From: Eledone cirrhosa
Taxonomy: Eukaryota
Direction of reading: 5' to 3'
Assembly: GCA_964016885.1 (NCBI GenBank)
Contig: OZ024746.1
Location: 28,024,001-28,088,000 of the forward strand
DNA: 64,000 nucleotides
The notes under the pieces were generated by a model. That model was not told the origin of the DNA and ran no database searches. It saw only the letters and a program-made list of their open reading frames with translations. Position numbers and translations under genes: made by a program. Below, piece after piece: positions 40,538 through 56,156 of the stretch (position 1 is its first letter; every line of letters begins with the position of its first letter).

Positions 40538-43500
40538 TCTATATATATATAGTAAACTGAATATGGACTAAATGATTCCTTCTGTTTCTAAGTTTAGAGA
40601 ATTTTGTATAGAATGAGGATATGTGAGGTTTTGAGATAATCCTTTTGTTTGAGAAAGTGAAAAAAAAAATCGGATGAAAGGACAAACCTGGAAATGTCAG
40701 CTTCTCTTCTAGCACTATCGAAATTTATCTAAATTCAAGAATTTCACTGCATAAATGTTGCTAACACAAAACCCACAATGACTATCCTCAGACTTTTCTA
40801 TTTTCTATCTGTTAGAACTTTATATAATAAACAGTGTTATGATCTTGGTCAATAAAATTCTTTGTGGCGGAACAGAAAAGAGACATGAAGTACTTAAACT
40901 ATTTTATAAAAATGGTAGAAGTGTTGTAATTGCAACATTTGTCTTGGCTTTTTATGAGAGAAAATGATGCAATTATGGTGATTAAGCAACCAACCAACCA
41001 ACCAACCAAACCATTTAGAGAAAAATGGGATTCATTTGACCAAAGAACACCATTAACAAGGTTTTTATTATTCGGAATCCATTGGGAACATTCTAAAAGC
41101 TTTTTCTTTCTCTTGGAGTGTAGTTCGTTGCATCACAAAGAAATTTAGAATGTCCGTTAATCCACATGAATGGAATAATCTGCATTGACTTCGTTTTGGG
41201 AAAGCTCTGCTTACACGACTGGAACTCTCATGGACAATTTCATTTCAATTTTGTATTTCTCACACCGTTTTCCTATCTTTTCTTTCCCATCTACTTTGAG
41301 TAGTAGTTAACCAGTCCTTGGAGCATCATACAAAAACTATGTTTCTTCCAACTTATTTATGAGATTTGTCATAGGTTTTTCTGTAAATAATGAAAGCACG
41401 TATCCTAATAGTAATTATGTTGGGCTACACGATCATAAGTTCGTGGGTTCAACTCTCAGACTGGATTACACGTTAGTTCTAGTATCTTCTACATATTTCA
41501 GTGGCTATTTTCAACATTGCTTTAGTTAAGTTAAATTATAAGGTTGATGATACGTCGCCCAACGATTAGGGGTTGGGGTCACGGTCTTAATACTGTGCGT
41601 TTAATTCCAGGACCGGGTAAAATCTTGTGTCCTTAAGTAAGATACTTTATTTCACGTTGCTTCAGTCTACTCAGATGGAATGTTATAGTTATACCAGTTA
41701 CAGCCAAGGGATCAACCCACCGACGGACTGGTGATTTATCTTATATTTTCAGTCACTTATTGCCAATGGAACTCGAATAAACTCTAAATTTCGAGAGACT
41801 CTGGGATTGTGAGAAACCTTAACCACCTTTGCTTTAAATAAGCCTTGGTATAGACCATATTGATTGTTATGGAGATGTAATGTTCCTATTAACAGGTACA
41901 CTACATCAAGTGGGCTCTGCAATAATACCGCCTATATAATTTCTTATTCAAGACGCAATCCAATATTGACTCAGTATTCCTTTTTTCCTCGCTTGGGGCC
42001 CTCGATTTTTATGGGGTTGTAGGGGCGATGACATGACATGCTGTCGTGTCTTTTCTCTGACTGTCATGGTTGTATACTAGATCACGGCTTAGTCTCTGTT
42101 AGATATTTGTTTGTCCATTCTGTGATGTTTTCCGTCCCTCTTCTTTTCTTTCATCCCTCTCCTTTTCTCCGCATCCGCAGTTCCACCACTTCTTTTACTC
42201 CTTGTCTCTTTTCCTCGTCATCCGTAGTTCCTTGTAAACCCACCCTATTATCTCAAACTTTAAACAAAAGAAAAGGTATAATAATATTATTCGTTATTTG
42301 CTTGGAACCTCAACTCTGTCATGATATGTTGTGCGACAGTCTTCTCCTTCTGTTGCGGCTGCAAACCCGGTCTCAGGTCTGCCTCAGTCAAGGATTCATT
42401 GCTTGTCTATTCTTTGATGTTGTCAATCCATAATAATTTCCCTATCACTGCCGACCTCCTCTCCTCCCCTTTTCCACAGTTCCATATAGAATGGTCTCAT
42501 TATTTCATAACGTCATACAAAACAAAACACAGAAAAGCAACAAGAAAAACAAATGTATCCATTCATAATCATAACAACTCCAACAATTATATTTTTATGA
42601 AAATTTATTCAGTTTCCACCGAAGAAGAATGAAAAAATTTCAACAGAAAGCAGTGAAAATTGTTTTTGGGGAATTAAAAATAACAAAATTTCCTTGAAGT
42701 ATTTTTTTCTTTCTTTCTTCTTTTTGAAAAAAATGGTTTAAAGGAAAGAAAATTTTTCAGCATTTTCTTCTCTATGTCCCCAGGAAAGAAAATTACCAAT
42801 AAAATTCCGAAAAAAAGGCAAAACCGTACAGGCTGCATACACGTATGACAAGGGACTTGTGTTCAATATTGGTTAAACTTCTGACTATCAGAAAGGTGGA
42901 AACGTTATCACATAGTTATTATTATTATAGATTTTGTAAATATTTTCTTTCAATATTTATAGACTTTTTTTTAATATATATATATATATAATTTTTTTAT
43001 ATGTTTTGTTTTCTTTTGCGCTATTTAAATATAAGCAGATTTGTTTCAAAATATACAAGAAACATGATTCAAGTGAAAGCATGACAGGAAAAAAAAAACT
43101 CAAAAAATAAAAAATAAATAAAATAAAATAAAATTAGTTCATGAATGCCTTCAAATCTTAAAGGCATCATCATCATCATCATCTTTATATTTCTCTGAAA
43201 ATTTTATTTAAATAATTTTATATATATATATATTGTTTATTAATCTTTAATACTTTTCATTTATTTATACATTGTTCTTCTTGATTTTCTCATTATTTAT
43301 TGTTGTTGTTGTTGTCTATTGTTATTATTATTATTATTAGATATTACATGTTATTATCAAGATCATTGTTATCCGCAACACTCAGATGCAGAGAAAAAAT
43401 ACATCTATAGCTAAAAGAGAGAGACAAAACTGATAATTATCTAAATTTTAAGTCATTATAATGTAATAAAAGTTTTACATAATATTTTATCTTCATTTAA

Positions 43501-43592
43501 TAATCATACATATATTATATATATGCATACACACACATATATGTATATATAACTATGTAACTATGAAACTATGTAACTATATATATATGTAT

Positions 43593-43659
<67 letters not shown>

Positions 43660-44032
43660 CTTTCTATTTGCCATTTTTGTCTCTTTATATCTTTACTGCT
43701 TTTGAAATCCCATTTTCTTTCAGAAAATAGATTTTAAAAAACATTTTAAATGTTTTCAAACAGATTCGTAATGTTTTCGCATAATATATGTAATTTACAT
43801 TTGTAATATTTTCACATACTAAATGTAATTTAAAGTTGTAAACATTGCTTCATCAAATATTTATGAGAGAAACACTTCAAAAGAGAGCTTTCACAACTAA
43901 ATTTCAATGTGTTGCATATATGTGTGCATCTTTGAATATATGTATGTATTTATGTATAACAGTACGAATGTATGTATGTATATATATATATGTGTGTGCA
44001 CATATGCATGTATCTATCTATCTATCTATCTA

Positions 44033-44089
<57 letters not shown>

Positions 44090-44264
44090 CATAAATATAT
44101 TAATTGTACAACTGTGTCTTCAGAAAGATTAATGGAAAATGGTTTGAAGCACTTCCTGAAATGTTTCTCTTTTCTTATAATCTTTTAGATATTTATCATT
44201 ATTGTTGTTGTTGTTGTTATTATTATTATCATTATTATTATTATTAATATTATCATTATTATTA

Positions 44265-44310
<46 letters not shown>

Positions 44311-44729
44311 CATTGTAAATTTTTAAAACATTATTTTTAAAATACTACTTTAGAAAATTTGATAGCCAGCAAAAATTTGCTTATTTGTAGCATTTTTCAT
44401 GTTTTTAATTTTTGATTTTGTTTTTTTTTATGGTCTTTAATGATGAGGGCAGCAACACGAGACAAGACGAAAAGGGGGAGCGTGGGGTCCAATAAAGAAA
44501 TGATTGGTTCATAAATATAAAGATAGGCATGTTTAAAAATACAATTATGAACAACCAAGAAATTACTTTACATTTGGTGCACTTGGTTCATAGTTTGTAT
44601 GTTTGTATGTACGTATTTTTGTATGCTTGTATGTATATATATTATGTGTGTATTTGTTTGTATATGTATATATATAAGTGTGTGCGTTTTGTGTGTGAAT
44701 ATATTTGTTTGTGCGTGTTTTTAATGTTT

Positions 44730-44761
<32 letters not shown>

Positions 44762-45203
44762 GATATTTGTGTGTGTTTGTATAATTTCTTGATGTATGTG
44801 TGTGTGTGCATATGCATGTGTATATATGTATATAAACATATCATTATAGTGATTGCCACCATTACAATTTCTGAATTTACAAACTAACATATAAATAAAG
44901 ACACAAGAAGGTAAAAGTAACCGACAGATAGTGATCAAAATAGACTACTAATGTTAGTGTGTAGTAATAAAACTGTACATTTCAGAGGATTAGTTTTGCC
45001 TGATTCATTTGGTTAAAAAACAATTAAGAAAAATATAAAAGAAAAACAATAAAACAATAGAGAAAATCACTGCTACTATGGTTACAGTGTCTTTCTGTCT
45101 TTTAATCTTTTACACACGCACACACGTACACACAGAGACACACATGTGTTTAGGAAGAAAATATTCGTCCGTGAACGTGAACTCCTACGGCTTCTGCTCA
45201 TGA

Positions 45204-45289
<86 letters not shown>

Positions 45290-45374
45290 CCGCAAACTAA
45301 AGCTTCGTTAATGTTGTACTAAAATTTATATATATATATATAATAATAATATATATATACATATATATATATAC

Positions 45375-45435
<61 letters not shown>

Positions 45436-45567
45436 AGTATATATTTACATACATATATTTATAAATATAAATATATCTATATATATATTTTATATATATT
45501 TATATATATATACATATATATATATATGTGTGTATATATATTTATATATATAAATATATAAATATAA

Positions 45568-45663
<96 letters not shown>

Positions 45664-46034
45664 CTCTGTGTCTCTGCGTCTGTGTGTGTATTAATTTTGT
45701 TCCGTGTGTAAATGTGAGTTTGCAGAGGAAGTTGGAGGCGGGGAGTGGGCTGTTGGTTATTTTCGGTGTAGCATTTACGTGCTGCATTTGTTATTAATAG
45801 TAATATTGTGATTATTAATTTTTTCCTTCATTATCTTCTACTTTTTTTTTTTCCTCTACTTCTATAATAATTATTTTTATCATCATCATCATCACCATTA
45901 TCGTTATCAAATATATTTCTTTTTTTCCGTCAAATTTAATGGCATCTGCGATTGCAAAGACAAGAGGCAGAGAGTAATGCAAAATTATACACATATATGT
46001 CTGTGTGTTTGTGTGTGTATACATACATACATAC

Positions 46035-46076
<42 letters not shown>

Positions 46077-46093
46077 TATATATATATGTGTAC

Positions 46094-46155
<62 letters not shown>

Positions 46156-46529
46156 ATGTGTGTATATATATATATAATATACATATGAAATTTCTCAGAT
46201 AGACATTGTTAACATCAGTAAAAGGATCCCTACAGAAGTAAGGTATAAACATTCTCTCACAGAACATGTTGATGTCCTATATTGTCTATAATTTTATTTT
46301 TGTTTATTTTAGGTTTTCTTTGTTTCTTTTTTTTATTTTTACCTTTTAATATAGATATCTGACAAATTTTGTGCATTTTTTTTTATTCTGTAAAATTACT
46401 TTTGTTTGAAAAAATTCTCAAAATCTCAATATAAAAAACTAAAAAAAAACTAAAATGAAAATATTATGCAAATGAAAATTAAAAGTACTGGTTAACAAGT
46501 ACATTGTTGTGACGTCACAATACTCAATG

Positions 46530-46600
46530 AAGAAAGAAGAAGAAGAAGAAGAAGAAGAAGAAGAAGAAGAAGAAGAAGAAGAAGAAGAAGAAGAAGAAGA
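46530..46600. repeat. (GAA)n microsatellite
   Basis: Directly visible. Confidence 0.95.
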
Positions 46601-47194
46601 ATTCTGAGTTAAGAGATAAACAGAAATATCACATGTAAGGAAACCAAATCAAAATATTCCTTTATTTTTCGTAAATTAGAAGAAAATAGAATAAAAATGA
46701 ATAAAAATACAAAAATGTTAACTAGATTCTCGTTTTTCACTGTTTAATTTATGGCATTTAATACTTTTTTGTCTTTTAATTACATTTTTCTCATTATTAT
46801 TATCATTATTGTTGTTGTTGTTATTGGTGCTGTTTTTTCTATTGTATGGTTGTTGTTGTTGTTGTTGTTAATGTTGTTTTAATTTATATTTACATTGTAG
46901 TTTTTGTTCCTGGTACTTTGGTATTCCAATATTATATACAACAAATCTGAATGCAATTATATCAAAAAGTCTGAGATCAACAGATATATAAAAGAAAGTA
47001 GTGTTATATATATATATATATGAATATAAATATATATATATATGTGTGTGTGTATGTGTGTGTATGTGTGTGTGTGTGTGTGTACGTGTATGTGGATTTA
47101 TGTATGTATGTATGCGGTTCCGTCACATCATTTTCTACGGTATTTCGCCAGCATAAATCAATTTAAATTTATCACAAAAAAATCTTAAACATTT

Positions 47195-47232
<38 letters not shown>

Positions 47233-47671
47233 TATATGTATATATGTACATATATATATGTGTGTGAATGTATGTATGTATCTATATCACACATACCTTC
47301 GAATATATTTAATGAGTGATAGCAGTCCGGCGTGATTTTGTCTGAATCGAAACAAGATACAAATCTATGGACAAATCATATACACTGGTTAATAACATAT
47401 TTTGTTTCTTTGTATGCTTGCACACACAAGTATATATAGTACATGTATTATATTTGTGTATATGTATAAATGCATGTGTGTATAGGTATGTGTGTGAATC
47501 GTGAGTTGTGTGCGTGTGCAAGAAAATCTTAAGAAAAAAATAATTATAAATCTTTGATTGAAAATAAAACGTGAAGCCCTTGGTTCTTGCTCGCTTCGAA
47601 ATAAATATTTCAATACATACACACAGACACACACATACACACATATACACACGCATATATATATATATATA

Positions 47672-47751
<80 letters not shown>

Positions 47752-47763
47752 CATATATGTATG

Positions 47764-47819
<56 letters not shown>

Positions 47820-47831
47820 CATATATGTATG

Positions 47832-47888
<57 letters not shown>

Positions 47889-48234
47889 TTATATATATAT
47901 ACATATATATATAATTCATGTCAAAGATATTATTCCTTCTATGGATATATACGTGGGTCATTATGAAAACATGTTGAATCCATGCTTCAAATCTTTTCTA
48001 GATCTTTGTCAAAGTTTTTTTTCATAAAACATTCAATAAATTGAATTATTTTTATCTGTGTTCATCGTTACCAATATTTTTTAAATACAGCTTTATTTCA
48101 ATTTTCTTATTTAATACAATTCACATTATACACACATGCATATATATACATATATGCTAACATATATTATTTGAAATCAAAGTAATGATTTGTAAAAGAG
48201 AAGTCTTATAAATCTGATAAATATTTGGGTGTGT

Positions 48235-48360
<126 letters not shown>

Positions 48361-49006
48361 GGAGGATTTTTATTACATTAACCACATCTAAAATTTGAAG
48401 TGGACTTTTTTTAACATGTTTTTTTCATTTTTAATTTTTTTGTACAAATTAATTTTCATTTGTTTTTCTTTTTGTTTTTTCTTAAAAGATACAGAATAGA
48501 ATTTGTCATATATATTTCTTTGAAAATTGTCTCTCTCTATATATTTCTTTGTAAATTGTCTCTCTATATATAATTTGTCATATATTTCTTTGTAAATTTT
48601 CTCTATATATATAATTTTTTCATTTTTTCATATGTTTGAATTTTCCAAGATTTCTTTAAAGTATTTTGTTTATATATTTTCTATTATTATTCCAGAGATA
48701 TATTTTTTGGCGGTGGGGGTGGATTTCATGGTAAAAATTCTCTTGCACGTTATATTGGAATGGAAGAATTGAAACGTTTGAAAAATATGGTAAAAGATAG
48801 AGCTTTTGAAGTAAGAATATAATCAAGCAGAGAGAGAGAGAGGGGGGGAGATGAGAGAGAAGGATGGCTGAGCAAGCAGAAAATAAGAAAGACACAAAGA
48901 AAGTCAGACAGAAAGAGACAGATAAAAAGTTGATTGAAGAAAATGGCGGGTGAGAAAGTTGGTAAGCTAAACGAAATCAATACACTGAGACACACACATG
49001 CATGTT

Positions 49007-49037
<31 letters not shown>

Positions 49038-49439
49038 ATGTATTTATACACACAGAGAAAAAATGTGCACATTCTTCTAGAGGTTTTAAACATGTAACCT
49101 TTGTTGATGCTGGAGCACCATATCTATCTATATATATCTATATATATATACACACACACCCATTGTCTCTCACTTTCTTTTTTCCCTCTATCAATCTGTA
49201 TATATATAAATATAGATTTATAATATATATATATATATATTATACTGACGCACATATAGACGTATGAGTATGTATGTATGTGTGTGTGCATGTGTGTGTA
49301 TGTGTGTACACTTGATTGTGCATGTGCTCTTTAAAATTCCTGCGTCGTTCATAATTGTATTTCTTCATTTATTAGGTATATGTCTAACCAATTCTTCTAT
49401 ATGTGAAATGTACTTTTACAAAGAGACTGAGGTGAGGTG

Positions 49440-49499
<60 letters not shown>

Positions 49500-49503
<4 letters not shown>

Positions 49504-49840
49504 AAAAAGAGATGAAATCGAAAATGCAACTGGAGTCTTATTTTTTTTTAAATATATATATTTATTTGGTTCCTTTACCGGTTTCGCAGTTCTTCTGCTT
49601 TTCAAACGTAGAGTTGAGATGGAGGGTCTGTGAGAAAAACCACAGACCCTCCATCTCAACTCTACTTTTGAAAAACAGAAGAACTGCGAAACCGGTAAAG
49701 GAACCAAATAAATATATATATTTAAAAAAAAACAAAAAAACTCCAGTTGCATTTTCGATTTCATCTCTTTTTCTTTATACATTCACTCGTGTAGGACACC
49801 TCGGTTATTTTTCATTTTGTAAAAAAAACCTCACTTTCTA
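49500..49840. mobile_element. Fold-back island, ~135-bp arms (49500-49632 / 49641-49778), each with an HHR 3' half
   Basis: GC-GAAA-C-CG-GTA/AAGG at 49686-49700 and its mirror; no CTGANGA; flanked by (TA)n. Confidence 0.75.
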
Positions 49841-50408
49841 ATATATATATATATATATATATACATACATAAATATATATTTATATTATAATATAAATAT
49901 ATAGTTATATAAACAACTGGTAACATGCCAACATGTTTGTACTTTTGGTTCATTTGATATGAATGTTATTTGTTCATATTAATAGAAACGGAGACATGAA
50001 TTGGTAAAGTGTACACCTACAGACAAATTTCAATTTCTGATTAGATGTCATTTTTCCATTAAAGCCTTCATTAAACAAACATTTATATCATCTATCATGT
50101 CTTTATATGTGGAACTAGAAGTAATTATATATTTACATCTAATGCACATATTTATAATATATATATACAAACATACTCACAGACGCACACATACATATAT
50201 ACGTACATACATACATACATACATACATACATACATACATACATACATACATACATACATGCATACATACAATACATATATATATATATACGTACATACA
50301 TACATACATACATACATACATACATGCATACATACATACGTACATACATACATACATACATACATACATACATACATACATACATACATACATACATGCA
50401 TACATACA

Positions 50409-50490
<82 letters not shown>

Positions 50491-50525
50491 ATATATATAT
50501 GGATGTGCATATATATGTACGTGTG

Positions 50526-50755
50526 TGTTATTATATTGGGTATTGATCTACCGATCTCCGTAGCCAAGCCCACAAGTCATAAGGACCTCAAGATTTATAC
50601 TAGAGTATGTTGATTTATTCATTTACATATAATCCTAGAGCTACAATGTTCCCACTTTATTCCTGCTCACACTTCATCTGAGGAAGCATAGTGAACACTC
50701 GAGTTGCTGAAACAGTGTAGCCATGTGACAAAAGATATGAATAAATTATTCTTTA
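50526..50755 (+). mobile_element. pLTR-like island with degenerate HHR
   Basis: CTGAGGA-AGCA...TGCT-GAAACA at 50678-50714; the cleavage triplet and stem I are unclear. Confidence 0.45.
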
Positions 50756-50838
50756 TGTATGTATGTATGTATGTATGTATGTATGTATGTATGTATGTAT
50801 GTATGTATGTATGTATGTATATATATATACATACATAC

Positions 50839-50957
<119 letters not shown>

Positions 50958-50962
50958 CATAC

Positions 50963-51035
<73 letters not shown>

Positions 51036-51051
51036 CATACATATGTATATG

Positions 51052-51106
<55 letters not shown>

Positions 51107-51144
51107 AGAGAGTGTAATGCAGAGTTACTGTAGGTTCACTCGGG

Positions 51145-51191
<47 letters not shown>

Positions 51192-51236
51192 TATATATAT
51201 ATTTATATACATATGTATATATATATACATATATAC

Positions 51237-51268
<32 letters not shown>

Positions 51269-52249
51269 GTATATATATAATACATATATTTATATATGTG
51301 TATGTATATATATATGTCTGCGTGCGTGTGAGTGTGTTTAAAAAAAGGAGAAGGGGAGATGTAGAGAGAAGAAGGGAAAGGGGGAGTATGAGAACGTTGA
51401 AAAATAATTAATTATTGATTAGTGGAGAGTGGCATAATTCTCACCAATATAACCGGTTATTTTTTAAATTATGAGATCAGAAATTATTTTTCTAATTGGC
51501 TAAATCGTCTCACCTGTGCTGATTAATATAGAAATACCTGAGTAAAAGATGCGAGACAGAACACATATTTGGTTTCAAGAATGCAGAAGACAGAAAATAT
51601 TTTATATAATTTTAGATGTATATGTTTTGTTCCGTGTTATAGGTTGTTTTGACAGTAGGGAACATTCAAGTGGATTATTTAGCAGGTGATTTGTAGGATT
51701 GCAATCGTATTTTATATATCTTCAGAGATATATATTTAAAAACTAAGATCAAAGTTTCTATTGAACATACTTTATTTGTAATTACCCATTAATACAGATT
51801 ATAATCAAATGTACGGTTTCTGATTAATACCGACTCATTACGTAAATTGTTATGGCCTAGAGCAGCTAATTTGCGAAACACGTCTTATGCGGGATTATGA
51901 ATATAGTATGTTTAATCGAAATCCCGATCGCTTTTTCTTAATATAACATTCTGCATCTTATGCCAACAAGTGGATGTCATTATTAATTCCCACTTTAAAT
52001 TCTGAATATCCAATTCACGTGCCAGCACCGCGTGCTGAAACATTTATTTCCTGCTTTGTGTATAAGAAAATTTTAGTTGATGAAATCATTACAATAATGA
52101 TTGGTTTCCCTATGGTTTCCCTGTTATTTTCTTGGACTCTTTCCATTTTAACCTTTTTTTTTAATATTGAAGATGAAAATAGTAGAAATAGTTTTAGCAT
52201 TGAAACACAGCTCAATATTTCTCAGGATCTCGTGTGATCAGCATAAACA

Positions 52250-53075
52250 AATATATGACATCACATGTGATTATTATCATCTAAAACAAGACGTTACATG
52301 TAATGATCATAATATGTGACTTAACATGTGATGATCATAATCTAAGTTATGACATCACTTCACTTGGGATAATCATAATCAAAGTTATGATGCCACATGT
52401 GACGTTCATTATCTAAGTTATGCTATTCCATGTGATGAGTATAAACCAAGATATGACATCATTTGTGATAAACATGGAATTACTATATTGCTCTTGTCGA
52501 CGCTAGAGATGAGCTCTTAACATCCAGGGGAAATAATAAGTATAAAGCCTTTAATATCCAGAGGAAATTATATAGCCTTTAATACTCATGGGAAATGATA
52601 TGTATGTAGCCCTTCTCTATAGAAAAAATATATATATAGCCCTTATACATAGAATTAATATATATATAGCCCTTGTTTATAGAAAATAATATATATATAG
52701 CCCTTCTCTATAGAATCAATATATATATAGCCCATCTCTATAGAATAGAAATTAAAGCCCATGTTGACCATGGAAAATAAAGCATGCCCCTAAATGAACA
52801 TGGGGCTAATATGCAACTCTTTATTTAAGTATATAATATATAGGTTTTATATATGTATATGATACATAGCCTTTATATATCTATATAATATTTAGCCTCT
52901 ATATATGTATATAATCTATAGCTTTTATATATGTGTATAATATATAGCCTTTATATATGTATATAATATATAGAATTTTACATTGATACAATTTATATAT
53001 TATATATAACTTTTATGTATCTATATAATATGTATATATCATATAGCCTTTGTACATCTATATAATATTTAGATA
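52250..53075. repeat. Two degenerate minisatellites (~36-bp ATGACATCACATGTGAT unit; ~25-30-bp TATATAGCC unit)
   Basis: Recurrent motifs at 52250-52475 and 52520-53075. Confidence 0.7.
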
Positions 53076-53711
53076 TTACACAGATGTTATACGTGGTGTC
53101 AATGAAATTATAATGTATATCTTGTTATTGATAGAAATACTATGCAACCCTTGTTTTAATGGATCTAATATATTGAGGAAGGGAATCCGGGTGTAAAATA
53201 TTTCCTTAAAAGGGAGGCCATGTTGCTGTTGGTATTTATGTCTGTGGAGGAATACTGCAAAGATAACTCCGTCCTTTGCAGGCAAAATAGCATTTAAGAA
53301 ATGTTGTTGTTGTTGCTGTTGTTTCTAGAATTTTTCAAATTGAACAAAAATAAATTTCTGTTTTTAAAAACTTAAATAAATAGCATCTTGGCAGGGAAAT
53401 AAAATGAAATATTTGCCACTGATTAAATAAAGCAAGACTTTTCAATTAAAATCTCAAAATAATTAGCCAAAATAAATAAATCTTATCTATCTTTATAATC
53501 TCTCAACCTCAAAGGAAAACATTCGGAAATAAACACTAATTTTCATGAAATATTTCTCACGGTATACACATACTTCATTATATAAAATATATACACTCAC
53601 AATAATGGTATTTTAACTCATGTCAACAACATGCACACATATGCACTCACACACATATATAGGCATCTATATGTATATACATATATATATTTTATACATA
53701 TACATATATTC

Positions 53712-53751
<40 letters not shown>

Positions 53752-53882
53752 CATATATGTATATATATGTATATATATATATGCATAACATTCTTCTCTG
53801 TTTAATTTTCATTAAAGTTTAAAATGCTTTTATATTTCTTCTTGCAGCAGATTGATAGTTTTTTGTTGTTGTGTATGTATCA

Positions 53883-53973
<91 letters not shown>

Positions 53974-54332
53974 CATAGAGTAACACAAACATACCAACAC
54001 ACATACAGACCCTAACACATACACTCAAAAACACATACTCACACATATATCTGTATGAGGGTGTATATGTGCGTGCATTTATAAATTCTGGTATTCTGTG
54101 AGTATCCAGTTTAGAATAGGTAGATGATATTGATGTGAGTTCCAAAAAAGGACATCCAATCATAAAATATTGCTTCCTCAGTAGGGAAGCCATGATGCAT
54201 ATAAAGCTTATGATGTGGTCCACAACACTAACCCTTATTTTAGCAAGGAAAATGGCCAAGGAAAGTGGTTGTTATTGTTGTTGTAAGTATATATACAAAC
54301 ACACAAACACACACACAAACACACATACACAG

Positions 54333-54378
<46 letters not shown>

Positions 54379-54412
54379 ATGTATGTATATATATATATGT
54401 GCGTGTATGTAT

Positions 54413-54520
54413 GAGTCTTGGGTTCAATCGGGGGTAACCACAGTAAGTAGGTACTTTCCTGATGATTTCTTTTGAATGAAAGTCTTCTAGTCCTATAGAA
54501 ACCATTTCTATATTAAACAT
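54413..54520. mobile_element. Diverged fold-back fragment of the 20160 family with degenerate HHR
   Basis: GGTAACCACAGTAAGTAGGTACT joined to TTTC-CTGATGA-TTTCTTTTGAAT-GAAA-GTCTTCTAGTCCT-ATA/GAAA (54455-54501). Confidence 0.7.
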
Positions 54521-54835
54521 GATATATATATTAATATAAAGACTGGTGTGCTCATGCCTGGAGATGCTATGTATTAGCTTATAAAATAGAATGAAGACCC
54601 TTAAAGTTGATGCCATCAACCGCAACGAGGAATCAAACCTCGTATTTCCATGCATGAGCACACTACACTTTATATTAACTTTATCAACTTCAGCGCTTCA
54701 TAAAAATCTGAGAGATTAGCTCCGTATATGTTTGTATATATACATATGTATATGTATGTGTGTATGAGGGACAGAGAATGAGAGGAAGGGAGGGGATGAT
54801 GGAAAGAGGTGAAAGTGAAACATATACAGATGCTT

Positions 54836-54871
<36 letters not shown>

Positions 54872-55143
54872 GACTGAGAGAGAGAGACAATAATATCATC
54901 ATCATCATCATCATCATCATTAAAAATGAAATATATAAACAAAATGAAATTAGAAATGTGCGTGTTTACATAGATTAGAGCACAGAAGCATTTTGATTAT
55001 TATTATCATCATTATCATTATTATTATTTGATCTTAATTCCGGGTTTAGTCAAGATATTGAACCACATTCAGTGGTCTTGGTTATCATGTTATTATTAGG
55101 TATCAGGATACTTAATAATAACATTATTATTATTATTATTATT

Positions 55144-55545
55144 CTTTGAGTCTCAGTCATTGATGTTAGATAACTGGAAAGTTTGTTGAAATGAATATCA
55201 AGCCACTACCTGCAGCCTCAGATATTCAGGACGTATCGGAGGGTTCTTGCTGTTCCCAGCAAGCATGCCTTTTGAAGCGTTCCAAAAAGCACAACGGGGC
55301 CAATTTTCTTTAACCATCCCTGGAAACTTTTTGAGATAGTACCTAGTGCGCCTATGACAATCGGGACCACTTTGACTTCATGGCAGTTCCAAATCCTTTT
55401 TACCTCCCACTTTAGGTCCTGGTATCGGTTAATTTTCTCCCTCTCCTTCTCTTGCACTCACGTGTCGAATGGGCAGGCCACATCCACAATCAGACACAAT
55501 CTTTTTTCCTTGTCCAAAACCACCAGGTCAGGTCCATTGTGTTCT
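55144..55545 (-). mobile_element. R4/Dong-clade non-LTR retrotransposon 3' fragment (restriction-like endonuclease)
   Basis: PDLVVLDKEKRLCLIVDVACPFD, then EKINRYQDL...VVPIVIGALG...LQKACLLGTARTLRYVL; both ends lie in (TAA)n, the known Dong target. Confidence 0.88.
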
Positions 55546-55569
55546 ATTATTATTATTATTATTATTAAC

Positions 55570-55910
55570 TAGGAGAATTTTATAACAATATATGCCATTG
55601 TATTATTAAAGATTCCACATACTCAACATATTGTTAACACTTCCTCCCCATACACTTATTTTCTCAAGTTGTTTGTTTGCAGTGTTTGATCTTCAATTGC
55701 TCGAATAAGGTTGTCTGTTTCTTTACTTTTTCAATTGTCCCTTTTTCATCCAAGTATTTTCTTTGACATACATCTGGAATGATGTCCTAACACTGACTAT
55801 GCAAAAGGTTCACTTAAAACATCCTCTCTTTGAATATCAGTTTTGTCTATTTCACCCTTTCCAGCCTTCATCGCCTGTTCTTTACTGACTGCCTTTAGTA
55901 ATTTTTCAAT
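55570..55910 (-). mobile_element. Older decayed R4/Dong fragment (post-RT region and zinc knuckle)
   Basis: WMKKGQLK / KETDNLIRAIEDQTLQTNNLRK / IC*VCGIFNNTMAYIV resembles WLxxGxLKxETEGxIxAAQDQALxTN...CRxC...ETIxHIV. Confidence 0.65.
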
Positions 55911-56121
55911 GTTGTTCTGTAAATAATCAAGTTAGCTGCTTTGTTCCATCTACACACAACCTTCCTAGTGTTGATGCTATGATAAAATGCCCTCGGTAGA
56001 ATGCAGGATAGGGCGTTATGCCCCATACCCACCAGGCTGATGTGTGACATATTCAGCTTTTGCTTTTGCTTGTAGGGAAAAGAGATGTTAAATGATGATG
56101 ATAAAGATGATGTTAACGTAC

Positions 56122-56156
<35 letters not shown>

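Noticed and set aside
54531-54678. Hairpin TTAATATAAAG..GTGTGCTCATGC...GCATGAGCACAC..CTTTATATTAA as a miRNA or ribozyme
   Set aside because: Large heterogeneous loop and no catalytic core; counted only as another fold-back island.
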